Assembly (NCBI GenBank): GCA_965215605.1
Contig: OZ244070.1
Span: 1,664,001 to 1,728,000, forward strand
Direction: 5' to 3'
DNA from: an uncultured Candidatus Binatia bacterium
Lineage (GTDB): Bacteria > Desulfobacterota > Binatia > UBA9968 > JAJDTQ01
Length of the DNA: 64,000 nucleotides
A model generated the notes under the pieces. It did not search any database. It worked only from the letters and a program-made list of their open reading frames with translations, and was not told where the DNA came from. Within the stretch, counting starts at the first letter, position 1. Every line of letters begins with the position of its first letter. The position numbers were made by a program, and so were the translations under genes. Below are positions 18,452 through 32,483 of this stretch, one piece after another.

Positions 18452-18532
18452 ATGAGCATGACCAGACGCAACTTCATCCAGTCCCTCGGCGCGGTCGCCG
18501 GCTTTCCGCTCATCTTGACAACCTCGGGTTAA
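18452..18532 (+). other. 26-codon ORF consisting only of a twin-arginine signal peptide
   Basis: MSMTRRNFIQSLGAVAGFPLILTTSG*. Confidence 0.45.
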
Positions 18533-18567
18533 TTGGCTAGGCACCCCAGAAAGCAGCATTCGTCCCC

Positions 18568-19443
18568 ATGAAACCCGCACCCTTCACCTACTACTGCCCG
18601 GATACCCTCGATGAAGCGGTCCGCCTGCTCGACGAGCACGGCGACGACGGCAAGATCCTTGCCGGCGGACAGAGCCTGATGCCGCTCATGAGCCTGCGTT
18701 TGGCCCGTCCGGCCGTGATCGTGGACATGAACCGCGTTCCCGGCCTGGACCGCATCGCCGCCAACGGCGACGGCAGCCTGAGCATCGGCGCGATGACGCG
18801 CCAGCGGGCGATCGAACGGGACGCCGGTCTCGTCGAACGAAATCCGCTGCTGGCGGCGGCGGTACCCCTCATCGGCCACTTCCAGATCCGCAACCGCGGC
18901 ACGGTAGGCGGCAGCCTGGTGCATGCCGATCCGGCGTCCGAGCTGCCGGCGGTGACCGTCACCCTGGGCGCCGACTTCGTGCTCGCCAGCGCCGCCGGCG
19001 AACGGGTGGTGAGCGCGGAAGACTTCTACCTGGGCTACATGGCCACGGCCTGCGAAGCCAACGAGGTGCTGACGGAGATCCGCGTGCCTGCCTGGAAGGC
19101 GGGCCGGCTCTGGGCCATCGACGAGGTGGCCCGGCGCAAGGGCGACTTCGCCATGGTGGGCGTGGCGCTGTGGGTGGACATGGACGGCGGCGCCTGCGCG
19201 GACGCCCGCATCACCCTGTTCGGCGTCGGCGGCAGGCCCGTCCGGGTCGAGAAGGCGGAACAGCGCCTCCAGGGCGCCGCCCTGGACGACGCCACCCTCA
19301 AGGAAGTCGAGCGCATCGTGTTCGAGGAGTTGGAGCCCGACTCCGACATCCACGCATCGGCGCTGTACCGCAAGGAAGTGGGCGGCGTGCTCGCCCGGCG
19401 CGCGCTCCGCGTGGCGGCGGCGAGAGGCACGGAGGCCGCATGA
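18568..19443 (+). CDS. Xanthine dehydrogenase family FAD-binding subunit (CoxM/CutM-like)
   Basis: MKPAPFTY, LAGGQSL, QIRNRGTVGGS, RRKGDFA. Confidence 0.92.
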   Translation: MKPAPFTYYCPDTLDEAVRLLDEHGDDGKILAGGQSLMPLMSLRLARPAVIVDMNRVPGLDRIAANGDGSLSIGAMTRQRAIERDAGLVERNPLLAAAVPLIGHFQIRNRGTVGGSLVHADPASELPAVTVTLGADFVLASAAGERVVSAEDFYLGYMATACEANEVLTEIRVPAWKAGRLWAIDEVARRKGDFAMVGVALWVDMDGGACADARITLFGVGGRPVRVEKAEQRLQGAALDDATLKEVERIVFEELEPDSDIHASALYRKEVGGVLARRALRVAAARGTEAA

Positions 19444-19928
19444 GCACCAAGAGCATCCTCAACCTGACGGTGAACGGCAAGGCCTACGAGAAGCTGGTGG
19501 AAGTGCGCATGACCCTGGCGGATTTCCTCCGGAACGAGCTGGACCTCACGGGCACGCACCTGGGCTGCGAGCACGGCGTGTGCGGCGCCTGCACGGTGAT
19601 CATGGACGGCGAGGCGGTGCGCTCCTGTCTGCTGCTGGCGGTGCAGGCGGAGGGGGCGACCCTGGAGACGGTCGAAGGGCTGGCGGACGGCGACCGGCTG
19701 CACCCCTTGCAGGCGGCGTTCCAGGACCGGCACGCGCTCCAGTGCGGTTTCTGCACCCCGGGGTTCCTCATGACCGCGGCGGCCTTCCTCAAGGAGAACC
19801 CGCAGCCCACCGATGCCGAGATCCGCGAGGCCATATCCGGAAACATCTGCCGGTGCACCGGCTACCAGCCCATTATCGAGGCCATCGGCCAGGCGGCCCC
19901 GGAGGTGGGCGGCAAATCCCGTCAGTGA
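19440..19928 (+). CDS. Xanthine dehydrogenase family 2Fe-2S subunit (CoxS-like)
   Basis: GCEHGVCGACTV, QCGFCTPG, GNICRCTGY; ATGA overlap with upstream gene. Confidence 0.93.
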   Translation: MSTKSILNLTVNGKAYEKLVEVRMTLADFLRNELDLTGTHLGCEHGVCGACTVIMDGEAVRSCLLLAVQAEGATLETVEGLADGDRLHPLQAAFQDRHALQCGFCTPGFLMTAAAFLKENPQPTDAEIREAISGNICRCTGYQPIIEAIGQAAPEVGGKSRQ

Positions 19929-19975
19929 TAGGAAAATGGCGCCGGCGGCCGCAGTCATCATTCCGGCACCCTTCC

Positions 19976-20001
19976 GTCATTCCCGTTTTCGCGGGAGTAA
20001 C
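19976..20001 (+). repeat. Degenerate GTCATTCCC palindromic repeat
   Basis: GTCATTCCCGTTTTCGCGGGAGTAAC between the S and L subunit genes. Confidence 0.6.
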
Positions 20002-20075
20002 CTGCTTTCGAGTTGCTGGAGGCTATTTCGTGCCGGCAGCGATGGCGCATTCCCCTGAACGAGAGGCTCCCTGAC

Positions 20076-22388
20076 ATGGCGGAATCATACATCGGCGCTC
20101 CCATCAGGCGGCGCGAGGACATCCGGTTCATCACCGGCGCGGGCACCTACGTGGACGACATCAAGCTGCCCCACATGGTCCACGCCGCCATCCTCCGCAG
20201 TCCCCACGCCCATGCCCGTATCCTGAATGTCGACACCAGCCGGGCGGAGGCTCTGCCGGGGGTGGTTTCGGTGTTCACGCTGAAGGACATCGGCGAGCTG
20301 GACGCCACCGTCCCCATCCGGATGTACAAGATCCCGGGGCTGGACAAGTACCTGCAGCCGTCGCTGGCGCGGGACGTGGTGCGCTACGTGGGCGAGCCGG
20401 TGGCCGTGGCGGTGGCCGAGAGCCGCTACCTGGCCGAGGACGCGCTGGACGCCATCGACGTCGATTACGAGATTCTCCAGGAAGTGATGGACGTGCGCGA
20501 GGCGCTGGAGGACAAGGTGCTGGTGCACGAGCACAACGGCACCAACCTGGCCGGCGTCCACCATGTCTCCATCGGCGACGCCGGCAAGGCCTTCGCGGAA
20601 GCCGACTACACCCGCCGGGAGGAGTTCCGGGTCCACCGCTTCACCGGCAACCCCATGGAGACCCGCGGTACCGTGGCCCACTTCGACCGCGGCAAGGGCG
20701 AGCTCCGGGTCTACGGCGCCACCAAGCTGCCGCACCTGAACCGGCAAACCATCGCCGCCTTCCTGCAACTGCCCGAACACAAATGCCACTTCGAGGAAAA
20801 CGACGTGGGCGGCGGCTTCGGCATCCGCGGCGAGCTCTATCCCGAGGACTTCCTGATCCCCTTCGCCTCGGTGCGCCTCGGCTTGCCGGTGAAATGGATT
20901 GAGGACCGGCGCGAGCACCTGCTGGCCGCCAACCACTCGCGCCAGGTGACCTGCGAGCTGGAGATCGCCGCGCGCAAGGACGGCACGCTGCTGGCCCTGC
21001 GGGCACGGATCTACGGCGACATGGGCGCCTACGTGCGCACCCACGGCGGGCTGGTGCCCTGTTCCACGGCCGCGCTGCTGACGGGCCCCTACCGGATCCC
21101 CAACTACGAGGCCAGAATCCACTGCGTCATGACCAACAAGACCGGCCTGGGCACCCTGCGGGCCCCCGGACGCGTGGAGTCCTGCTTCTATCGTGAGCGC
21201 ATGCTCGACATGATGGCACGGGACCTGGACCTCGACCCGGTGGAGTTGCGGAAGAAGAACCTGGTGACGCCCGAGGAGATCCCCTACGAGATCGGCTTCA
21301 CCCGACCCAGCAACCACCCGACCATCCTCGACAGCGGCGACTACGCCAGCGCCCTGCGGCAGGCCCTGGAACGGTTCGAGTACGACGAGATGCAGGGCCT
21401 TCAGGGTCTCCGGGACGATGGCCGCTACCACGGTGTCGGCCTGTCGTACTTCGTCAAGAACACCGGCGGGCTGGAACCCTACGAAGGCGCCCGCATGGTG
21501 GTGGGCGAAGGCGGCGGCGTCAGCGTCTACCTGAGCATCGCCCAGCTCGGCCAAGGACACGAGACCGCCATGGCGCAGATCTGCGCCGACGCCCTGCGCG
21601 TGCCCATGGACGCCATCTCGGTTTTCCACGGCAACACCGACCTCTCGCCCTTCGGCTGGGGCACCTTCGCCAGCCGCGGCACGGTCATGGCCGGCAACGC
21701 CGTGCACCTCACCGCGCTGCAACTGAAGGACAAGATCCTGGAGGCCGCCGCCCGGCACCTGGACACGGACGCGGCCGAGCTGTCGCTTGAGGACGGCAAC
21801 ATCGTCCAAACCGGCACCGAGGCGCCGGCGCTGCCGCTGGGCGAGCTGGTGGCGCACATGCGGGAATCCATCACCCCCGAGCAGGGCGTCCCCGAGCTGG
21901 AAGCCACCGCCTACTACAACTCCAACAACATCACCCACACCTACGGCGTGCACTTGGCCCACGTGGCCGTGGACCCCGAGACCGGCATGCTGGAGGTGCT
22001 CAAGTACTTGGTGGTGGAGGACGTGGGCCGGGTGGTGAACCCCTTGATGGTGCACGGTCAGACCGTGGGCGCCGCGGTGCAGGGCATCGGCGGCGTGGTG
22101 CTGGAAGAGCTCGTGTACGGCGAGGGCGGCCAGCTCCTCACCACCACGTTCCTGGACTATCTCTTGCCCACCGCCACCGACGTCCCCCCCATCGACGACT
22201 TGGTGCTGGAAGAAGCCCCCTCGCCCTACAACCCGCTGGGCGTCAAGGGCGCCGGCGAGGGCGGCATCGTCGGCACCGCCGGCGCCCTGGGCAACGCCGT
22301 CAGCAACGCCCTCGGCATCGAGGTCAAGGACCTCCCCCTGAGCCCCGACCGCATCCGCGCCTGGCTCCGCGCCCGCGAAGACGCCTAA
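20076..22388 (+). CDS. Xanthine dehydrogenase family molybdopterin subunit (CoxL-like, not form I CODH)
   Basis: DVGGGFG, LRAPGR loop, GQGHET, GTFASRG, KGAGEGG; start set at MAESYIG. Confidence 0.92.
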   Translation: MAESYIGAPIRRREDIRFITGAGTYVDDIKLPHMVHAAILRSPHAHARILNVDTSRAEALPGVVSVFTLKDIGELDATVPIRMYKIPGLDKYLQPSLARDVVRYVGEPVAVAVAESRYLAEDALDAIDVDYEILQEVMDVREALEDKVLVHEHNGTNLAGVHHVSIGDAGKAFAEADYTRREEFRVHRFTGNPMETRGTVAHFDRGKGELRVYGATKLPHLNRQTIAAFLQLPEHKCHFEENDVGGGFGIRGELYPEDFLIPFASVRLGLPVKWIEDRREHLLAANHSRQVTCELEIAARKDGTLLALRARIYGDMGAYVRTHGGLVPCSTAALLTGPYRIPNYEARIHCVMTNKTGLGTLRAPGRVESCFYRERMLDMMARDLDLDPVELRKKNLVTPEEIPYEIGFTRPSNHPTILDSGDYASALRQALERFEYDEMQGLQGLRDDGRYHGVGLSYFVKNTGGLEPYEGARMVVGEGGGVSVYLSIAQLGQGHETAMAQICADALRVPMDAISVFHGNTDLSPFGWGTFASRGTVMAGNAVHLTALQLKDKILEAAARHLDTDAAELSLEDGNIVQTGTEAPALPLGELVAHMRESITPEQGVPELEATAYYNSNNITHTYGVHLAHVAVDPETGMLEVLKYLVVEDVGRVVNPLMVHGQTVGAAVQGIGGVVLEELVYGEGGQLLTTTFLDYLLPTATDVPPIDDLVLEEAPSPYNPLGVKGAGEGGIVGTAGALGNAVSNALGIEVKDLPLSPDRIRAWLRAREDA

Positions 22389-22559
22389 CCGGTTGTTGAA
22401 AAACACCGTGTGGCGCCCTTCGACTTCGCTTCGCGAAGCCTGTCCGGAGCTTGTCGAAGGGCTAAAGGCGAATGTTTAAGTCAGATTCCGTTCGCCCTGA
22501 GCGAAGCGAAGTCGAAGGGCGCCGACCCATATCGCAGGGAGTTTTCAGCAACCTGCTAG
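22385..22559. mobile_element. MITE-like element with about 19-bp terminal inverted repeats and internal CCCTTCGAC..GTCGAAGGG hairpins
   Basis: Left CTAACCGGTTGTTGAAAAAC versus right GTTTTCAGCAACCTGCTAG; partial second copy at 26667. Confidence 0.65.
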
Positions 22560-22575
22560 AGAAATTCGTCCATAC

Positions 22576-22597
22576 CTGTCAAGCTGGATCTTGACAG
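22576..22597 (+). promoter_or_regulatory. Putative operator overlapping TTGACA of the RHH-Doc operon
   Basis: CTGTCAAG-N6-CTTGACAG. Confidence 0.6.
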
Positions 22598-22639
22598 CTA
22601 GCCACGGCAACAACCTAGTAGGGGCGGATCGGAGCGGTC

Positions 22640-22867
22640 ATGCGGCTGCCACGTGAGAAATTTTCCAGCCAGGCGCCTCCGGAGCTATTGGCGACGATGC
22701 GTGAGATCGCGCAGCAGGAAGGGCGCCACTTTCAAGCAGTTCTGGAAGATGCGCTGCGGGAGTACATCGAAAACCGCTCTCGAGAGAAGCCTCGCTCCGC
22801 CGTCATGGCCCATTTCCAGGCCAGCGTCGAGCGCAACCGTCGCCTGGGCGAGCTGCTGGCCAAATGA
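22640..22867 (+). CDS. Putative ribbon-helix-helix antitoxin
   Basis: 75 aa, KFSSQ strand plus helices; ATGA overlap with Doc. Confidence 0.75.
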   Translation: MRLPREKFSSQAPPELLATMREIAQQEGRHFQAVLEDALREYIENRSREKPRSAVMAHFQASVERNRRLGELLAK

Positions 22868-23253
22868 CGCATGACTTCCCCACCCTCCAGGAAGTCATGG
22901 CCATGCACGGAGCCCTGATCGCCGCTTTCGGCGGGACCACGGGCATACGCGATGAGGGCGCCCTGGCGGCCGCGCTCATGCGACCCCAGCTCGGGTACTA
23001 TGACAGCCTCGCCGAGGAAGCGGCCGCGCTCATGGAGAGCTTGGCCAACAACCACCCCTTCGTGGACGGCAACAAGCGGGTGGCCTTCTTCGTCACCGAC
23101 ACCTTCCTGCGCATGAATGGTCGATTCATCGACTGCGACGACGAGGAAGCGTACGCCTTCTTCATGCAGCTCTTCGAAACCGGCTCCTTCCGGTTCACCC
23201 AATTGCACGCGTGGCTTGAGTCGAAGGTCCGGGCCCTCACCCCTGGCTCCTGA
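22864..23253 (+). CDS. doc: Death-on-curing (Doc) family toxin
   Basis: GIRDEGAL, NHPFVDGNKR. Confidence 0.9.
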   Translation: MTHDFPTLQEVMAMHGALIAAFGGTTGIRDEGALAAALMRPQLGYYDSLAEEAAALMESLANNHPFVDGNKRVAFFVTDTFLRMNGRFIDCDDEEAYAFFMQLFETGSFRFTQLHAWLESKVRALTPGS

Positions 23254-25447
23254 GCGCCCGCCACACCCGCTCCGGGGTCAGCGGCAGGTCCCGGATACGC
23301 GCGCCGGTGGCCCGGGCCAAGGCGCTGACCACCGAGGGGGCCACGGAGAAGATGCCGCCCTCGCCCATACCGCGGCTGCCGTAGGGGCCGATGCCGTCGC
23401 GGTTTTCCACCAGGAACGTGTGGAACTCCCTTGGCAGGTCCTCGAACTTGGGCACCCGGTAGTCGACGAGGTTGGGATTCAGCAACTGGTGGTCGTCGTG
23501 GATCATCTGCTCCATGAAGGTGTGGCCGATGCCCATCATGGCCGCGCCCTCTTCCTGCCCGATGCAGTGTTGCGGATGGATGGCCTTGCCGACGTCGGCC
23601 ACGGAGACGTAGCTCACCAGTTTCGCCGCGCCCGTATCGCGATCGATGTCGAGCTCAGCAACTCCCATACCCACTTCCCAGAGCACCGGCGTCTTCCAAC
23701 GGACCATCTCCGGGCCCATGGTGCCGCGTCCCACGATCTCGCCGGCGACGATGCCGAAGCGGCACGCCAGGGCGTCGGTGAACGACATCTCCTGCTCACC
23801 GGCCACGAGCCGGCCCTCCGACACCGTCACCTTGCCCGGCGTGACCCCGAACGCCTTGGCCGCGATGGCGCGCAACTGCCGCCTGAGGTCCCGGGCCGCG
23901 GCCTGCACCGCCCGGCCCATGACCGTGGTGGAGCGGCTGGCCCCGGTGGAGTGGTCGTAGGGCGTCACGGTGGTGTCCACCGGCACGACCCGGACCCGAT
24001 CGCGCGGCAACGCCAGCTCCTCGGCGACGATCTGGGTGAACGTCGTCTTGACGCCTTGCCCCATTTCGGTGCTGCCAGCCAGTAACGAGACGTAGCCGTC
24101 GGGCCCCAGGCGCACCAGCGCCACGGACACCGGCAATGTGCCGCCGGCGTTGGTGGCGCCGCAGGCCATCCCCAGCGGCGCCTTCCGGACACCGGCACGC
24201 CGCCGCCAGCGGGATGCCGAGACCAAACGCCGCAGGCTCGAACGGAGATTCACATCCACCGGCCGTAGCTTCGGCTGGAGTATCTCACCTCGCTTGAGCA
24301 GGTTCATGTCGCGCAACGCCACCGGGTCCATTTCCAGGTCGGCGGCGATCTCGTCCATCTGCGACTCGCAGGCGAAGATGGTCTGAGGGGCGGCGACGGA
24401 ACGGAACGAGCCCGCCGAGCCGGCATTGGTGTGGACGGAGTAGACGTCGCTCCGGAGGTGCGGGATGCGGTAGGGTCCCAGCACCCGGGTGGCGGCGAGC
24501 TGGGCCACCATCCGGGTGTTTTCGGTGAATGCTCCGGTGTCGAGATGGATCTCGGCCTGCCGCGCCACCAGGGTGCCGTCGTTCATCACCCCGGTCTTGA
24601 GGTCGACGGTGGCGCCGTGCCGCCGCACCGTGACCATGGCCTCGGGGACCGACAGGCAGAGCCGCACGGGACGGCCCGCCTTGCGCGACAGCAGCACCAC
24701 CAGGGGCTCGAACTTGCTGTAGGACTTGCCGCCGAAGCCGCCGCCCAGAAAGGAGACCCGCAACCGTACCTGGGAGCGGGTGACGCCGAAGATGCGCGCG
24801 ATATCGCCCTGCACAAGGAACGGGTGCTGCGCCGACGACCACAGGTCGATGCCGTCATCACCGTACCGGGCCACCGCGCCGTGGGGCTCCATGCTGTAGT
24901 GATACACCATGGGAAACGTGTAGCGGGCCTCGAAGACACGGTCCGAAGCCGCAAAACCCTGGTCCACGTCCCCTTGCTCCACCCGCTCGTGGGCGCACAC
25001 GTTGCCGGGAGCATCCTCGTGGATCAGCGGCGCACCCGGAGCCAGGGCCGCGTCCATGCCCAGGGCCGACGGCAGCTCCTCGTAGTCCACGTCGATGAGG
25101 GCGAGGGCCGCCTCCGCCGTGTGCTCGTCCTCCGCCGCCACGGCCGCCACCGGCTCGCCCACGTAACGCACCCTGTCCATGGCCACCACCGGCCGGCCGT
25201 TGTAGAACGGGTCGATACCGGCCAGATCCTTCGCGGTGACCACCGCGCGCACGCCCCGGAGCGCCTCCGCCCTCGACGTATCGATGGCCCGGACGCGCGC
25301 GTGCGGCAACGGGCTCCGCAGGATCCGGCCTTCGAGCATCCCGGGGAGCACGATGTCGCCGGTATACTTGGCCCGCCCCGTCACCTTGTCGACGCCGTCC
25401 ACCCGGGGAACGTCCCGGCCCACGTGCTGGAAACTGGATTGCCGCAT
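23237..25447 (-). CDS. Xanthine dehydrogenase family molybdopterin subunit (orphan)
   Basis: KVTGRAKY, LGGGFGGK, STEMGQG, RGMGEGG; start set at MRQSSF. Confidence 0.9.
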   Translation of the reverse strand: MRQSSFQHVGRDVPRVDGVDKVTGRAKYTGDIVLPGMLEGRILRSPLPHARVRAIDTSRAEALRGVRAVVTAKDLAGIDPFYNGRPVVAMDRVRYVGEPVAAVAAEDEHTAEAALALIDVDYEELPSALGMDAALAPGAPLIHEDAPGNVCAHERVEQGDVDQGFAASDRVFEARYTFPMVYHYSMEPHGAVARYGDDGIDLWSSAQHPFLVQGDIARIFGVTRSQVRLRVSFLGGGFGGKSYSKFEPLVVLLSRKAGRPVRLCLSVPEAMVTVRRHGATVDLKTGVMNDGTLVARQAEIHLDTGAFTENTRMVAQLAATRVLGPYRIPHLRSDVYSVHTNAGSAGSFRSVAAPQTIFACESQMDEIAADLEMDPVALRDMNLLKRGEILQPKLRPVDVNLRSSLRRLVSASRWRRRAGVRKAPLGMACGATNAGGTLPVSVALVRLGPDGYVSLLAGSTEMGQGVKTTFTQIVAEELALPRDRVRVVPVDTTVTPYDHSTGASRSTTVMGRAVQAAARDLRRQLRAIAAKAFGVTPGKVTVSEGRLVAGEQEMSFTDALACRFGIVAGEIVGRGTMGPEMVRWKTPVLWEVGMGVAELDIDRDTGAAKLVSYVSVADVGKAIHPQHCIGQEEGAAMMGIGHTFMEQMIHDDHQLLNPNLVDYRVPKFEDLPREFHTFLVENRDGIGPYGSRGMGEGGIFSVAPSVVSALARATGARIRDLPLTPERVWRALRSQG

Positions 25448-25651
25448 GGTGCTCCTGATTTCTCCGCTCGGCAGGACTTGTGCCGCGTTCTCCCAGCGGT
25501 CCGGACCAGATTTCCGCTCAAGGAACGAGTCGCGCCCATTGAACGTATATCCGGCACGGGTCCGGCGCAACGATCTCCCGGTGTGCTGTCCGGTCAATTT
25601 GCATGACAAGATGGGCGGGATTCTTGTGTCGTCGGCAAGGCGCGATGACCT

Positions 25652-25675
25652 GTAGGGGCGACCGGCGGTCGCCCT
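25652..25675 (+). repeat. GTAG-type REP-like palindrome
   Basis: GTAGGGGCGACCGGCGGTCGCCCT. Confidence 0.65.
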
Positions 25676-25723
25676 CCGCCTTGCCTTGAAGAACCGGCGC
25701 ATGGTTTAGTTCCGGTTACCATC

Positions 25724-26662
25724 ATGGCTTCCCCGACCCCCATCCAGCTCATCCAGTTCCGCGCCGCCTACAATCTGCCCGTCCATGCGGCGGTGGAGAA
25801 CGGCATCTTTGCCGGCGGCGGGCTTGCCGTGGAGATCGAGTACACGCCGGGCTCGGCCTATCTCGTGGAGGCGGTGCGTACCGGGCGCTGCACCATCGGC
25901 CACGCGGCCGCGGACGACGTGGTCGCGGACGTGGAGAATCAGCCCGGTTCGGACCTGTTCGCGTTCATGGGGCTCCACAGTGGGCTGCTGAGCCTCGTCG
26001 GCGCGCCCGAATGTCCGACGATGGAGTCGTTGCGGGGCAAGCCGCTGGCGGTGGACGCCCGGGACAGCGGCTTCGTCTTCATCCTCGAGAAGGCCTTGCG
26101 CGACCGCGGCTTCGGCCCGGACGAATACGAGCTCGTGGAGGTGGGGGGCTGGGAGAGCCGCTACCAGACCCTGATCGAGGGGAAACTCTACGCTACGCTG
26201 CTGACAACGCCCTTTGTCGGGGCCGCCCTGGAAAAGGGCTGCCACGTCATCGCCCGGGGCGAGGAGATGGTGCCCGTGTACCAAGCGACGGTGGGTCTGG
26301 CCAGCCGGTCCTGGGCGGAAGAGAACCGGGCGCATCTGGTCAACTACATCCGCTGCTACGTGGCTGCCACCGAGTGGTGTTTCGCACCCGGAAACCGTCG
26401 GCACTGCCTCGACCTGTTGGCCCGGCACAACGCCCTCACCGGCGCCGCGGCCGAGGAAACCCTGGACTCCCTGCTGGACCCCGAACAAGGTCTCTACCCC
26501 AAGGCCGCGTTGAACATCCCCGGTATCGCCGCCGCCCTCGACCTCAGAGCCGGCATGGGCTTCATCGCCTCTCCCCCGCCTCCGCCCGAGAAATATATCG
26601 ACGTTTCCTACTACCAAGCCGCTGTCCGGTGGCCGGAGGAGTTCAACGATCCCGCGTTCTGA
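25724..26662 (+). CDS. NMT1/THI5-like substrate-binding protein without signal peptide
   Basis: PVHAAVENGIF, LRGKPLAVDARDSGF, PPPEKYIDVSY. Confidence 0.75.
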   Translation: MASPTPIQLIQFRAAYNLPVHAAVENGIFAGGGLAVEIEYTPGSAYLVEAVRTGRCTIGHAAADDVVADVENQPGSDLFAFMGLHSGLLSLVGAPECPTMESLRGKPLAVDARDSGFVFILEKALRDRGFGPDEYELVEVGGWESRYQTLIEGKLYATLLTTPFVGAALEKGCHVIARGEEMVPVYQATVGLASRSWAEENRAHLVNYIRCYVAATEWCFAPGNRRHCLDLLARHNALTGAAAEETLDSLLDPEQGLYPKAALNIPGIAAALDLRAGMGFIASPPPPPEKYIDVSYYQAAVRWPEEFNDPAF

Positions 26663-26666
26663 TGAA

Positions 26667-26748
26667 GATTCCGTTCGCCCTGAGCGTAGCGAAGCGAAGT
26701 CGAAGGGCGCCGACCCATGTCGTAGGGAGTTTCTCAACAACCTGCCAG
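26667..26748. repeat. Right half of the MITE-like repeat
   Basis: GATTCCGTTCGCCCTGAGCG..GTCGAAGGGCGCCGACCCA..CAACCTGC closely matches 22484-22557. Confidence 0.75.
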
Positions 26749-26761
26749 GCCCCCCCGAAGG

Positions 26762-27361
26762 CTACCAAAACAAGGACAACTGCTCCGGAACGTTTGATCG
26801 CAACGCGGGCACTCGCTCCGGCAACTCGGCGATCCGTGACTCCAGCCAGCGGATGTAGGTGCGGTGGGATGGGCGCTGGCGGATGGCCTCCACGCACAGG
26901 GAGCGCACGCGGCCGGCGTAGTGCCGCCAGTTCTCGCGCACGGCGCGCGGCATGCGCAGATAGGTGGGGGCGTCGTCGCAGAAGAGTTCGCTGCGGGCGA
27001 GGGTATAGATGTCGCACTGGGTCTCGCCGCCGGGCAACGGCGCCCACGCGGGGGTTCCCTCGGGAGGCGGCAGCTTCGTCAACCCCTGCAACAAATGGGT
27101 CAGCTCATGGCCGATGGTGTTGTAGGTCAGGCCCCGGACCCGGAGGCGGATGTACAACGGCAGCCGGAGCCGCGTGGGAATGAACGCGACGCCGAGCTTG
27201 GTCCGGGTGTGGCCGATCCGGACTTCCAGGTTTCGTAGCTCCGGGAACCGGCTCAGCGACTGCTTGATCATCCGCACGGCGCGCTGCGTGAGGCGTTTCT
27301 CCATCTGCGGCGTGAACGACACGGTCACGCCCATCCCGGGTGATAGCAAGGTCATGGACAA
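26762..27361 (-). CDS. Hypothetical protein with HExxH zinc-metallopeptidase motif
   Basis: TIGHELTHLLQ, GETQCDIYTLAR; start uncertain (27361, 27334 or 27304). Confidence 0.7.
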   Translation of the reverse strand: MSMTLLSPGMGVTVSFTPQMEKRLTQRAVRMIKQSLSRFPELRNLEVRIGHTRTKLGVAFIPTRLRLPLYIRLRVRGLTYNTIGHELTHLLQGLTKLPPPEGTPAWAPLPGGETQCDIYTLARSELFCDDAPTYLRMPRAVRENWRHYAGRVRSLCVEAIRQRPSHRTYIRWLESRIAELPERVPALRSNVPEQLSLFW

Positions 27362-27391
27362 CGGCTCGGACAGACTCTAAACTCTAACGCA

Positions 27392-31858
<4,467 letters not shown>

Positions 31859-31900
31859 GTTTTACGCCCGGAAAACCGGTCTTGCTCTACAGCTTGATTT

Positions 31901-31918
31901 TGTAGCTTGAAAGCTACA
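31901..31918. promoter_or_regulatory. Putative operator of the HTH/AbiE pair
   Basis: TGTAGCTT-GA-AAGCTACA perfect inverted repeat just before the start codon. Confidence 0.65.
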
Positions 31919-31922
31919 TCAT

Positions 31923-32483
31923 ATGCCTATGGAGAGGAAGCCGACCGTCAAGGAACGCGACCGTCTGAATCGCGCCTTCGAAAGAGACCGCGGGCAGTTC
32001 CTCGTCGAGTTGAGAGTACTCTTGCGGAAGGAGAAAGGGTTGGCGGCGGCCGCGCGTCACGCGGGCCTGAACCGTGAATCGCTGTATCGGGCATTGGGCG
32101 CCGGGGGCAACCCCACGTTCGATACCTTGGAACGTCTGCTCGCGTTGCTCGGGTACCGGCTCTCCGTTGCGCCCCTGCGAGACCGTTTAACCGGTGACAG
32201 ACGCGCCGCGGCCATGGCCAGGAAGTACGTCTGGTGGCAACCGCCGGACCGCACCCTGGAAGACCGGCGGCTCTTGCTGGCCCAAGTGATGACCCTCGGC
32301 ACCGCCGCCGACATCCGCTGGCTGCTTTCGCGGGTCCCCACCTCCGAACTGCGCCGCGTGTTGCGCGACCCACCGGTCGGAATTTTCAACGGCCGTTCGT
32401 GGAAATTCTGGCACCTCCGCCTTGGTTTGACGCCGGCCCCTGCACTGCCGGCGCGACGTCTGCCCGAGGAGATGCCGTTGTGA
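31923..32483 (+). CDS. Antitoxin-like fusion: addiction-module antidote HTH plus AbiEii-partner domain
   Basis: AGLNRESLYRAL..GNPTFDTL HTH followed by ARKYVWW..LLAQVMTLGT..SWKFWH; GTGA overlap with the NTase gene. Confidence 0.75.
   Translation: MPMERKPTVKERDRLNRAFERDRGQFLVELRVLLRKEKGLAAAARHAGLNRESLYRALGAGGNPTFDTLERLLALLGYRLSVAPLRDRLTGDRRAAAMARKYVWWQPPDRTLEDRRLLLAQVMTLGTAADIRWLLSRVPTSELRRVLRDPPVGIFNGRSWKFWHLRLGLTPAPALPARRLPEEMPL

Noticed and set aside
20076-22388. Aerobic CO dehydrogenase call
   Set aside because: Lacks the AYxCSFR motif and no coxDEFG genes are adjacent
20085-22406. Long antisense or alternate-frame ORFs (e.g. 773 aa here, 996 aa at 27377, 689 aa at 11213, 852 aa at 36196)
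   Set aside because: Expected shadows of high-GC codon bias; no motifs except where they run into a real gene's frame
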